Source of the DNA: Eubacteriales bacterium
GTDB taxonomy: Bacteria > Bacillota > Clostridia > Oscillospirales > CAG-382
Direction: 5' to 3'
DNA length: 47,835 bases
NCBI GenBank assembly: GCA_045535385.1
Contig: JAZSLN010000096.1
Location: forward strand, 1 to 47,835
The first letter of the stretch is position 1, and each line of letters starts with the position of its first letter. A program made the position numbers and the translations under genes. The notes below the pieces were generated by a model that did no database searches, was not told the origin of the DNA, and was given only the letters and a program-made list of their open reading frames with translations. Positions 26,663-35,322 of this stretch are shown here, piece after piece.

Positions 26663-27886
26663 TTATGCCCATTTACCGTCGACAAAAATCGGGGTAGCTT
26701 TTCCGTCCTTATAGCCGACAACAGAGAGGTCGTCGGTGCCTATCATAAAGTCGACGTGGATCATAGATTCGTTAACTCCGAGCTCGTGCATTTCGTCAAG
26801 GGTCATATTTTCGAATCCCTTTACACAGCTCGTATAGCCCGCACCGATAGCAACGTGGCAGGAAGCATTTTCATCGAAAAGCGTATTATAATATAAAATT
26901 TTACTCATAGATATCGCGGAATCCTTCGGCACGAGCGCAAGCTCACCGAGCATACCGCTTCCCTCGTCGGTCGTTATGAGCTTACCGAGCGCCTCGTTAC
27001 CCTTTTCGGCGTGCCAAGCGACTGCTTTACCGTCCTCAAAATCGATATAAAAGTTTTCGATAAGCGTTCCTCTTACGGACAAAGGCATCGAGGAAACAAG
27101 TCTTCCGCTGCAAGCGCCCTTTTTCGGAGTCGTGAAAATCTCTTCGGTGGGCATATTGGGGTTAAAGTAAACGCCCGAAAGGGTATATTCTCCGCCGCCG
27201 CACCAAACGCTTTCCTTCATAAGCTCGCATTTGAAATCGGTTCCGTTAGCCGATTTGAAATGCAGATAGTCAAAATTCTGAGAATTAAGCCACTCACTCT
27301 TTTCGCGGAATGCGTTATTTTTATCGTCCCAAGCGGCAATACAGTCGTTTTCCTCGTCGCAAAGCACCGTAGCAAGTATTGCCTCCCAAAGCTTTTCGAC
27401 CGCAACCGACGCGCGATCGTTCGGGAAAACCTTCTTCGCCCAAGCCTTGCCGGGAATAGCGCAAACGAGCCATTGATGCTTATTATCCATCGCGTCGCGG
27501 TAGGGCTTCAGCGCCTTGGACGCGGCGATATTCGCACGGCTCAATTTCTCCTGATTAACCGAAGCAAGACCGTCGGGGTCTTCACAGATAAGACGGATTC
27601 GGGCAGGCAGGATCTCGGAATCGTGCTTCGCCTTCTCTATCTGCCATTCGGGGATATCGCAAAGCGATCTTATAGAACGGTGGCGATAGGCGAGCTTAGT
27701 AAGCGACGTACTCGACCAATCCACTCGAACGTTAGAAGCGCCCGCGCGGTATGCCGCTTCGGCGAGAAGGGTTACGAAATCTGCCGCTTCGACGTCGGCA
27801 AGGATATTAAGCTGTTGTCCCTTTTGGATATTCACACCCTGCTTTATAAGCAGGTTTGCGTATTTTCTTTTGAGTGTTTTTTTCAT
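26663..27886 (-). CDS. M29-family aminopeptidase (AmpS/PepS type)
   Basis: 407 aa. KYANLLIKQGVNIQKGQ...AEAAYRAGA.. at the N-terminus and a conserved C-terminal HVAIGAGY...IHVDFMIG. Confidence 0.8.
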   Translation of the reverse strand: MKKTLKRKYANLLIKQGVNIQKGQQLNILADVEAADFVTLLAEAAYRAGASNVRVDWSSTSLTKLAYRHRSIRSLCDIPEWQIEKAKHDSEILPARIRLICEDPDGLASVNQEKLSRANIAASKALKPYRDAMDNKHQWLVCAIPGKAWAKKVFPNDRASVAVEKLWEAILATVLCDEENDCIAAWDDKNNAFREKSEWLNSQNFDYLHFKSANGTDFKCELMKESVWCGGGEYTLSGVYFNPNMPTEEIFTTPKKGACSGRLVSSMPLSVRGTLIENFYIDFEDGKAVAWHAEKGNEALGKLITTDEGSGMLGELALVPKDSAISMSKILYYNTLFDENASCHVAIGAGYTSCVKGFENMTLDEMHELGVNESMIHVDFMIGTDDLSVVGYKDGKATPIFVDGKWA

Positions 27887-27924
27887 CTTTTACCTCCTTT
27901 TTTCATCAACGCGGTGTATAGTTG

Positions 27925-28128
27925 AATATAATTGTTCCCCTTACACCGCGAGACATAGCGTACATAGTTGCAATGCGATGCGAGGTTGTTATTATTTTGT
28001 ATTATTATCACCGCGAGGGGTGGAAATCTGTTTGTTCCTGCGAACTTGATTTCCCCGCGAGAATTAGCCAAAGCATTACGACCGCGATGGTAGCAAAACG
28101 ATTAATTTATACCTACATCGCGTTGACG
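27925..28128. repeat. Intergenic repeat block (caccgcgag / catcgcgttga motifs shared with 29.9-30.0 kb)
   Basis: Four c(a/c)ccgcga(g/t) motifs. catcgcgttgacgaaaaa matches catcgcgttgataaaaa at about 29988-30005. The ORF at 27922..28479 across this block is judged spurious. Confidence 0.55.
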
Positions 28129-28130
28129 AA

Positions 28131-28160
28131 AAAGGTAAAAATCCGAGGATTTTTACCTTT
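28131..28160 (-). terminator. Intrinsic terminator of yajC
   Basis: aaaggtaaaaatcc-ga-ggatttttaccttt (14-bp arms) with a T-run on the minus strand. Confidence 0.7.
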
Positions 28161-28166
28161 CAGAAA

Positions 28167-28595
28167 TTATTTGTCTTTGTTTTTTTCTTTCTTTTCTTTC
28201 TTTTTGTCTTCCTTGAGCTTTATCTTTTCTTCCTTGGAAGCCTTCTTATCCTTAGTTTCAACAACCTCGGGTTCGTTTGCCTTTTCAATTACCGAATGGA
28301 CCGCCCATTTCTGGATCTGGAGCTTTGTACGGTTACCGCTGGTTTCGATAAGGAGCATATCGTCCTTAACCTTAACGACCATACCGACAATACCGCCGGT
28401 TGTAACGATAACGTCGCCGAGCTCGATAGCGTTTCTCATATCGGCAACTTCTTTTTCCTGTTTCTTCTGGGGACGGTAGATCATAAAATAGAAGACCAGC
28501 GCGAGCAAGCCGAGCGGAACGATCATTCCGAGGGTTTGCACGATACCGTTCGCCTGGGGATTTTCGGCAAAAATCATCAAAGTGTTCAAATTCAT
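28167..28595 (-). CDS. yajC: Preprotein translocase subunit YajC with a Lys/Glu-rich C-terminal tail
   Basis: TM helix then YRPQKKQEKE....L..GD.V.T.GGI.G.V..V. Confidence 0.85.
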   Translation of the reverse strand: MNLNTLMIFAENPQANGIVQTLGMIVPLGLLALVFYFMIYRPQKKQEKEVADMRNAIELGDVIVTTGGIVGMVVKVKDDMLLIETSGNRTKLQIQKWAVHSVIEKANEPEVVETKDKKASKEEKIKLKEDKKKEKKEKNKDK

Positions 28596-29386
28596 TTTAA
28601 GTTTCCTTCGTTATATTTTATTCTTTTTACGTCTGTACAATACATTGTTTTTTCATCGATCGTGAAGACCGCGCCGCGCAACGCAACGTTTTCCTTCGCG
28701 GGGATACCCTTCATACGAATATTCTTCGTATATCGCGGAACCGCGGTTTCATAGGTAACACCGATTATCGAATCCTCGCTGCCGCACATACCGATATCGC
28801 TTATATATCCGCCGCCGCGCGGAGTCAAGCGCTCGTCAGCGGTCTGGATATGGGTATGGGTGCCGAAAACGATTTGGATCCTGCCGTCGAAAACGTGCGA
28901 GAAAGCGAGTTTTTCGCTCGTTGCTTCGCCGTGGAAATCGCATACCGCGAAATCGTATTTACCCTTCAGCTCGTCGAGAAGTCGGTTGACCGCCGTAAAG
29001 GGCGAATCGTACGGGTCCATAAAAACCTGACCGCAAACCGAGATAACCAAAGCGCGAATACCGTTTTTAACGGGGATTATGCAATAACCGTTGCCGGGCG
29101 AGCCCGCAGGAAAATTAAGCGGACGGAGTATAAACGGTTCGTCATCGATGAAATCCATAAGCGCGTAACGGCGGAAGGAATGGTTCCCTCCCGTAAGCAC
29201 GTCGGCACCGCTGTCGAAAAGAAGCGAGGCTTCGGCGCGGTCGAGACCGCTTCCCGCGCAGGAATTTTCGGCATTTACGATAACCAGATCCGCCTGCTCG
29301 ATATTTTTAATTTTTCTCAGATGCTTTCGGACAAATTCGCAACCCGGCGCTCCGAAAACATCGCCGACAGCAAGTATTTTAATCAT
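28592..29386 (-). CDS. ymdB: YmdB-family (TIGR00282) metallophosphoesterase
   Basis: MIKILAVGDVFGAPG...VIVNAENSCAGSG...DFHGEATSEK...GTHTH, downstream of rny as in Bacillus. Confidence 0.85.
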   Translation of the reverse strand: MIKILAVGDVFGAPGCEFVRKHLRKIKNIEQADLVIVNAENSCAGSGLDRAEASLLFDSGADVLTGGNHSFRRYALMDFIDDEPFILRPLNFPAGSPGNGYCIIPVKNGIRALVISVCGQVFMDPYDSPFTAVNRLLDELKGKYDFAVCDFHGEATSEKLAFSHVFDGRIQIVFGTHTHIQTADERLTPRGGGYISDIGMCGSEDSIIGVTYETAVPRYTKNIRMKGIPAKENVALRGAVFTIDEKTMYCTDVKRIKYNEGNLK

Positions 29387-29460
29387 TTTTATCCTTTAAT
29401 TCGGCTATGCACAATGCCCCAGACCGCACAAAAAGAAATACGATCTGTTTTTTGTTTATT

Positions 29461-30030
29461 CTGATTTTACCGTTAACCAAAAAGGTTTTGCATTAGCGGA
29501 ATTATTGTATTTTTGTGCTATGAAAAATCTTCATCCTCGCAGTAGATTACTACAGCTTCGGATGCCGATTTTCCATTCTGAACCATTCTGCTACGCCTTA
29601 CGTGAACGCGCACTGAATTTATTCGAAAGCGAAGAACGCGCTAACTACCAAAAATTACAATAAAAATCATTGTATTTTTCGGGGACATGTGCCTCGAAAA
29701 ATACTCCTATGATGTTCGAAACCTTGGACAAGACCGAAGGGCGCGCACAAGGTTTGCGCGAGCGCACGAAACTCCATTAATCCGATTAAAATCGCAAGAT
29801 TTTAATCGAGAGCATAGAACGCGCAGATTTCGAGGTAGAATGTCGATTTACACCGACAGGCTGTACCGACGTACTGCCGGAGGTGAAAATCGGCATAGAA
29901 AAGCCGATATATTGAAAATCCTTTGGATTTTCTTCCTAAAAGTCAAATCCCTCGCGGTGATAACCGGATAAATCCGTCGTTTCCTTCATCGCGTTGATAA
30001 AAATCGGCTTTTCGGTCTAGCCGAAAGATG
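29461..30030. repeat. 570-bp block of the modular intergenic repeat family inserted between rny and ymdB
   Basis: 29480-29600 aligns with 34209-34340 (aaggkttgyattagcgga...ccattctgctacgc). 29713-29775 is the reverse complement of 34445-34510. The block also holds many aaaatc-loop-gatttt hairpins. Confidence 0.85.
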
Positions 30031-30040
30031 CGTGTTCCGA

Positions 30041-31588
30041 TTACTTAGCGTAGTCTACTTGGCGCATCTCACGAATAACGTTAATCTTAATCTGTCCGGG
30101 ATATTCAAGCTCGGATTCGATCTTGCGGGCAATATCGCGGGCGATAAAGATCATTTCGTCGTCGTTAACCTCCTCGGGTTTGACCATAATGCGTACTTCT
30201 CTACCCGCCTGGATAGCGAAGGATTTTTCAACACCGTTAAAGGAGGTTGCGATTTCTTCGAGTTTTTGGAGACGCTTAATATAGGATTCAAGGTTTTCAC
30301 GTCTTGCGCCGGGACGTGCCGCGGAAACCGCGTCAGCCGCCTGAACGATCATAGCAACAAGAGTGTGGGGTTCAACGTCGCCGTGGTGAGCCTCGATAGC
30401 GTGAACGATGTCGCGGCTTTCCTTATACTTGCGGGCAACGTCGACACCGATCTGAACGTGCGAGCCATCGACCTCATGAGTCATAGCCTTACCGATATCG
30501 TGGAGAAGTCCCGCGCGCTTAGCCTGGTTAACGTCGACACCGAGCTCGGCGGCGATCATACCGGCAATATGCGAAACCTCGATAGAATGCTTAAGAACGT
30601 TCTGACCGTAGCTGGTACGGTATTTAAGACGGCCGAGGAGCTTAATAAGCTCGGGATTGATACCGTGAACGCCGGTTTCGTAGGTGGCTTGTTCGCCTTC
30701 CTTCTTAATAACGGCTTCGACTTCCTTACGGCTCTTTTCAACAGTTTCTTCGATACGCGAAGGATGGATACGTCCGTCGGAGATAAGCTTTTCGAGAGTC
30801 ATTCTCGCAACCTCACGGCGAACAGGGTCGAAGGTAGAGATAGCGATAGCCTCGGGGGTATCGTCGATGATAAGGTCGACACCGGTAAGAGTTTCGATAG
30901 CGCGGATATTTCTACCCTCGCGGCCGATAATTCTACCCTTCATTTCGTCGTTGGGAAGGTCAACGACCGAAACGGTAGCCTCGGAAACGCTGTCTGCGGC
31001 GCAACGCTGGATAGCGAGCGCGATTATGTTCTTGGCGGATTCTTCTGCTTTGTCCTTGCATTCCTGCTCAACCTCGAGAAGCTTCATCGCCATTTCATGT
31101 CGAGATTCACTTTCAACACGCTCCATAAGCATAGCGCGTGCTTCTTCCGCCGTCATACCGGAGATCTTCTGGAGAAGCTCTTCCTGCTGAGCGACGATTT
31201 CTTCGTTTTTGGTCTTCAATTCTTCGTTTTCACGAATTTTTGCGTTAAGTATTTCTTCCTTCTTTTCAAGGTTTTCATACTTTTTGTCGAGATTTTCTTC
31301 CTTCTGCATAGCTCTGCGTTCGAGCTTCTGAAGGTCGCTTCTTCTTTCTTTCAATTCGCGCTCTGCTTCGTTTTTGATCTTGAGCGCTTCTTCTTTTGCC
31401 TCAACAAGTTTTTCTTTCTTAACCGTTTCGGCGGCTTTGGTAGCATCCTCGATTATCCTTTTGGATTCAGCCTCCGCGCTTCCGATAGCCTTTTCGGCAC
31501 GGCTCTTGCGGACATTGTATCCAATGACATAAAACAGGACGGCAGCAACGACGGCGGAAATAACGCCGGTAAGTACGTAAGGTAACAT
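30041..31588 (-). CDS. rny: Ribonuclease Y
   Basis: N-terminal TM helix, a long charged coiled coil, a KH motif [12 protein letters not shown] and an HD motif LLHDIGK. 515 aa. Confidence 0.95.
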   Translation of the reverse strand: MLPYVLTGVISAVVAAVLFYVIGYNVRKSRAEKAIGSAEAESKRIIEDATKAAETVKKEKLVEAKEEALKIKNEAERELKERRSDLQKLERRAMQKEENLDKKYENLEKKEEILNAKIRENEELKTKNEEIVAQQEELLQKISGMTAEEARAMLMERVESESRHEMAMKLLEVEQECKDKAEESAKNIIALAIQRCAADSVSEATVSVVDLPNDEMKGRIIGREGRNIRAIETLTGVDLIIDDTPEAIAISTFDPVRREVARMTLEKLISDGRIHPSRIEETVEKSRKEVEAVIKKEGEQATYETGVHGINPELIKLLGRLKYRTSYGQNVLKHSIEVSHIAGMIAAELGVDVNQAKRAGLLHDIGKAMTHEVDGSHVQIGVDVARKYKESRDIVHAIEAHHGDVEPHTLVAMIVQAADAVSAARPGARRENLESYIKRLQKLEEIATSFNGVEKSFAIQAGREVRIMVKPEEVNDDEMIFIARDIARKIESELEYPGQIKINVIREMRQVDYAK

Positions 31589-31842
31589 TTTTGCCTCCTA
31601 AAATTTATTTTATCCCGATATACTCCCCGTCTTTCGGCTGATAAGTTCTATGCGCTTTCGCCATATAGTTATTTCGCCCTCACAGACATGAATATATTGG
31701 TATTCAGTGTATTATACATCTTTTTAGAGGCTATGTAAAGGGGTATTAATTAATAAAATAAAAAAATTCGTTAAAAAGTTTTCGTTGCAAAAGCTTTATA
31801 TATATGCTAAAATCAATTACGATCACATATACGGAGAATTTT

Positions 31843-32961
31843 ATGATATATTTTGATTCTGCGGCAACGACCTGCCCTTCCCCTTCGGCGGTCAAAGCGG
31901 CGGAGACTGCATTTACAATTTACGGCAACCCCTCCTCGGTTCATTCGGCAGGATTGGATGCCAAAAAAACAGTCGACAGCGCACGAAAAAGCGTCAGCCG
32001 TGCTCTTTCCTGCAAGCCAGAGGAGATAATATTTACGAGCTGCGGCAGTGAAAGCAACAACCAAGCCATTTTCGGTGCGGCAAAATTACGTATACGCCGT
32101 TCGAAGCGCATCATCACGACCGACAGCGAGCATCCCTCGGTCGCCGAGCCGATAAAGGCGCTTGAGGGCGAGGGCTTCGAGGTTATCAGGATCCCGACTC
32201 TCGGCGGGGAATTAGACCTGAACGCGCTCGAAAACGCGCTCAACGACGGCGCGGCATTCGTCAGCATTATGCTTGCCAACAACGAAACCGGCGCTAAATA
32301 TGACATTTCCGCCGTTCGAAGGGCTATTGACAAAAGCGGTTGCGGTGCTCTTTTCCACTGCGATGCCGTCCAGGGCTTTCTCAAAACAAAGGACAAGCGC
32401 GAAATCGTCAAAAATTGCGATCTTGCAAGCATTTCGGCTCACAAAATAGGCGGTTTCAAGGGTGTCGGCGCGCTTTACGTCAAAAGCGGAATAAAGCTTC
32501 CGCCTTTCATAAAGGGCGGAGGTCAGGAAAGCGGACTCCGTTCCGGCACAGAGAACCTAATCGGCATTGCCTCCTTCGGGGCGGCGGTCGACGCATTTGA
32601 CGGAAGCGTTACCGAGCACATTTCCGAAATATATTCTTACCTCGTAGGATTACTCTCCGAGAACCCCGATTTCAAGCTTAATATCCCGAAAAATCATATC
32701 GACACCATCATATCGCTCTCGGTAAAGGGTGTACGCAGCGAGGTTATGCTGAACGCGCTCAACACCGAAGGAATCTGCATCTCGGCAGGAAGCGCCTGCT
32801 CTGCACGTAAGGGAATAAGCCACGCGCTCGCAGGATACGGTCTGCCGAAGGAAGAAATAGAAAGCACCGTGAGAATAAGCATCGGCGCAACTAACAAAAA
32901 AGAGGAGTGCGATATACTCGCCGAAAAATTGAGCGAGATCGCAAAAAGGCTCAGAAGATGA
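31843..32961 (+). CDS. Cysteine desulfurase (NifS/IscS family), partner of ThiI
   Basis: IYFDSAATT..., SAHKIGGFKGVGALYV (PLP Lys) and SAGSACS (active-site Cys). GGAGA RBS before the ATG at 31843; the ORF opens at 31804. Confidence 0.85.
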   Translation: MIYFDSAATTCPSPSAVKAAETAFTIYGNPSSVHSAGLDAKKTVDSARKSVSRALSCKPEEIIFTSCGSESNNQAIFGAAKLRIRRSKRIITTDSEHPSVAEPIKALEGEGFEVIRIPTLGGELDLNALENALNDGAAFVSIMLANNETGAKYDISAVRRAIDKSGCGALFHCDAVQGFLKTKDKREIVKNCDLASISAHKIGGFKGVGALYVKSGIKLPPFIKGGGQESGLRSGTENLIGIASFGAAVDAFDGSVTEHISEIYSYLVGLLSENPDFKLNIPKNHIDTIISLSVKGVRSEVMLNALNTEGICISAGSACSARKGISHALAGYGLPKEEIESTVRISIGATNKKEECDILAEKLSEIAKRLRR

Positions 32962-34127
32962 AAGAAGTTATACTCTTAAAATACGGTGAAATAGTCCTGA
33001 AGGGCTTGAACCGCAACTATTTCAACACAATGCTCGAAAAGCGCGTACGCAAGGTTCTGAAGACGGTCGACGGCGCTTTTACGCTCGATTACGCACAATC
33101 CACGCTTTGTGTTTCGGGCGACGACAGCGCGGATATCGACACCGCTTACGAAAAGCTCAAAAAGGTTTTCGGCGTAGCGACGGTCTGCCGCGGTATTGAG
33201 TGCGAAAAGAATATGGAGGACATCGCGGAAAAATTACGCGAGAACGTCGACGAATTACTCGGAAACGCAAAGACCTTCAAATGCGAAGCGAAACGCAGCG
33301 ACAAGAAGTTTCCGCTTAAATCCCCCGAAATTTGCGCGGAATGCGGCGGAATGATCCTCGAAGCCCGTCCCGATATGAAGGTAGACGTCATAAATCCCGA
33401 GCGCACGGTTACTATCGAGATCCGCGACCGTGCCGCCTTTATCCACGGCAACGGCGAAAAGGGTGCGGGCGGTGTTCCCGTCGGATGCAGCGGAAGAGGA
33501 ATGCTTATGCTTTCGGGCGGTATCGACAGCCCTGTTGCAGGTCATATGATTGCCCGCAGAGGCGCGGCTATCGACGCGGTTTATTTCGAAACTCCTCCCT
33601 ATACCGGCGAGGCGGCGGCGGAAAAGGTACGCACGCTTGCCGAAAAGCTCACCGAATATTGCGGAGAGATCTATCTCCATTCGATAAGCCTTACCGAAAT
33701 CCAGGAAACGCTCGTAAACACCTGCAAGGAGCGCCTTTTCACGCTTCTCCTCCGCAGATTTATGGTCAGGTGCGCCTCCAAATTAGCCGAAAAATACGGC
33801 GCAGGCTGTCTTATCACCGGTGAAAGTCTGGCGCAGGTTGCAAGCCAGACCATGCTTTCCCTCGGTGTTACCGACGCAGTCGCAACCGTACCGGTCCTCC
33901 GTCCCTGCATAGGACTCGACAAGGAGGAGATCGTTGTCCGCGCCCGCGAGATCGGCACTTTTGAGACCTCGATACTCCCCTACGAGGATTGCTGTACCGT
34001 TTTTACCCCGAAGCACCCCGACACTCGCCCCGATATGGCGGAGATTTTAGAGGAAGAATCGAAGCTCGACGTTGAAGGACTTGTTGAGCGTGCGATGGCG
34101 ACCGATCATTTCGTAAGATTAGGGTAA
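32958..34127 (+). CDS. thiI: tRNA 4-thiouridine(8) synthase ThiI
   Basis: MKEVILLKYGEIVLKG start overlapping the upstream stop by 4 nt (ATGA). THUMP region and PP-loop SGGIDSPVA. Confidence 0.9.
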   Translation: MKEVILLKYGEIVLKGLNRNYFNTMLEKRVRKVLKTVDGAFTLDYAQSTLCVSGDDSADIDTAYEKLKKVFGVATVCRGIECEKNMEDIAEKLRENVDELLGNAKTFKCEAKRSDKKFPLKSPEICAECGGMILEARPDMKVDVINPERTVTIEIRDRAAFIHGNGEKGAGGVPVGCSGRGMLMLSGGIDSPVAGHMIARRGAAIDAVYFETPPYTGEAAAEKVRTLAEKLTEYCGEIYLHSISLTEIQETLVNTCKERLFTLLLRRFMVRCASKLAEKYGAGCLITGESLAQVASQTMLSLGVTDAVATVPVLRPCIGLDKEEIVVRAREIGTFETSILPYEDCCTVFTPKHPDTRPDMAEILEEESKLDVEGLVERAMATDHFVRLG

Positions 34128-34736
34128 TCGCGCTGGGCAGAATAACACAGAACGCATAAAAAGATATATATCTTGTTTATGTTGTTTCTGATTTGTTCGT
34201 TACCCAAAAAGGGTTTGTATTAGCGGAACTATTATATTTTTTATGCTATGAAAAAACAGAGCCTCTCGACGTACCTTTGTACGCCTTCGGGCTCTGTTTT
34301 TCCATTCTGTGCCATTCTGCTACGCGCTCACTTCTGTTTGATTGTTACGTTCTTTTGTTGGTTGTTATAAGCAGAATAACACAGAACGCATAAAATCGCT
34401 AACGCTCTCGATGAAAAACACACGGTTTTTCATCGGTCTTTTGAGAGTTTCGTACGCTCGCGCCAACCTTGTGCGCGACCTACGGTCTTGTCCAAGGTTG
34501 CGAAACTCATAGGTATAAAAATCGACGCACCTGTCGCCGATTTTTATGGGATTTTTATTGTATATTAAACGAAACGGAACTTTTAGGTATGTACCTTCTG
34601 GTTCCGTTTCTTCTTTCTTTATTCTGTAAGGGTTTGTAATTAAGAGGTGCTATTGTATTATTTGCCCATTCTGCATCCACTCTGCTACGCGCTCGGTTCT
34701 TTTTAATTGTTGCCGTTTTACCGTCTTCGGTGATGG

Positions 34737-34983
34737 TGTCATCCTGAGCGTAGGAAAATGGTCATAAAACCATTTTCCGTAGTCGAACATTTTCCTTAGA
34801 AAATGCGTTTTGGGTGAAACCCAAAACGGGATCTCGCAAGAGTTTGGAGAACGTACAAAAGGGCGACAATAACTGTTACCTTTTCCTTAATTGAGATCCC
34901 GCGTCGCCTAACGGCTCGCGCTTTTGTGACTAACGTCCCAAAAGTTCGACTACGGCGGTAACCCGCCTCCGCTCAGGATGACA
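34737..34983. repeat. 247-nt element bounded by perfect 14-bp inverted termini with nested long-range helices (structured RNA or MITE-like element)
   Basis: tgtcatcctgagcg (34737-50) pairs with cgctcaggatgaca (34970-83). ccgtagtcgaac (34777-88) pairs with gttcgactacgg (34944-55). cgggatctc (34827-35) pairs with gagatcccg (34893-901). Local hairpins lie between these helices. Confidence 0.6.
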
Positions 34984-35083
34984 GTTCTTTTTTACTTTCC
35001 CGCGGTATGGGTTTGTATTAATCGAAACGTTCTCTCCGCGTGGGTTAAACCCTCGAATTAATTGTTACATACAACATTCAAAA

Positions 35084-35322
35084 TGTAGGGACAGGCGTCC
35101 TCGACTGTCCGCTACGTTGTATTTTGTTATTTGCGACAATTAAAATCGATAACGTATCAATTTGTTCCGTGATTTTATTAAGTATTACAAAACATAAACT
35201 GTTTCGCGGCGGACCGTCGAGGACGCCGGTCCCTACATTACGAGAATCGTAAGGTTAAAACATAAAACAACCTTTTCCTTGATTGTTTCGCGGCGGACAG
35301 TCGAGGACGCCTGTCCCTACAG
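35084..35322. repeat. Three REP-like GTAGGGAC(A/C)GGCGTCCTCGAC(T/G)GTCCGC hairpins (one forward, two inverted)
   Basis: Copies at 35084-35115 (+), 35206-35237 (-) and 35290-35322 (-). The middle copy has a compensated stem (ggaccg/cggtcc versus ggacag/ctgtcc). A degenerate relative lies at 2461-2492. Confidence 0.85.

Noticed and set aside
30032-31585. Very long antisense ORFs co-extensive with real genes: 517 aa opposite rny, 552 aa opposite the ABC gene (15935-17593), 413 aa opposite pgk (46541-47782), 876, 773 and 488 aa opposite the giant gene, and 281 aa opposite mrp.
   Set aside because: The four I checked by coordinate arithmetic (rny, pgk and the giant-gene ORFs; the ABC and mrp cases look the same) are in the codon-aligned reverse frame. 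That frame is open whenever the sense gene avoids TTA, CTA and TCA codons. Their translations are low-complexity (R/F/V/S-rich), without RBS or domain signatures. This is a codon-usage artefact and useful only as a marker of native, biased codon usage.
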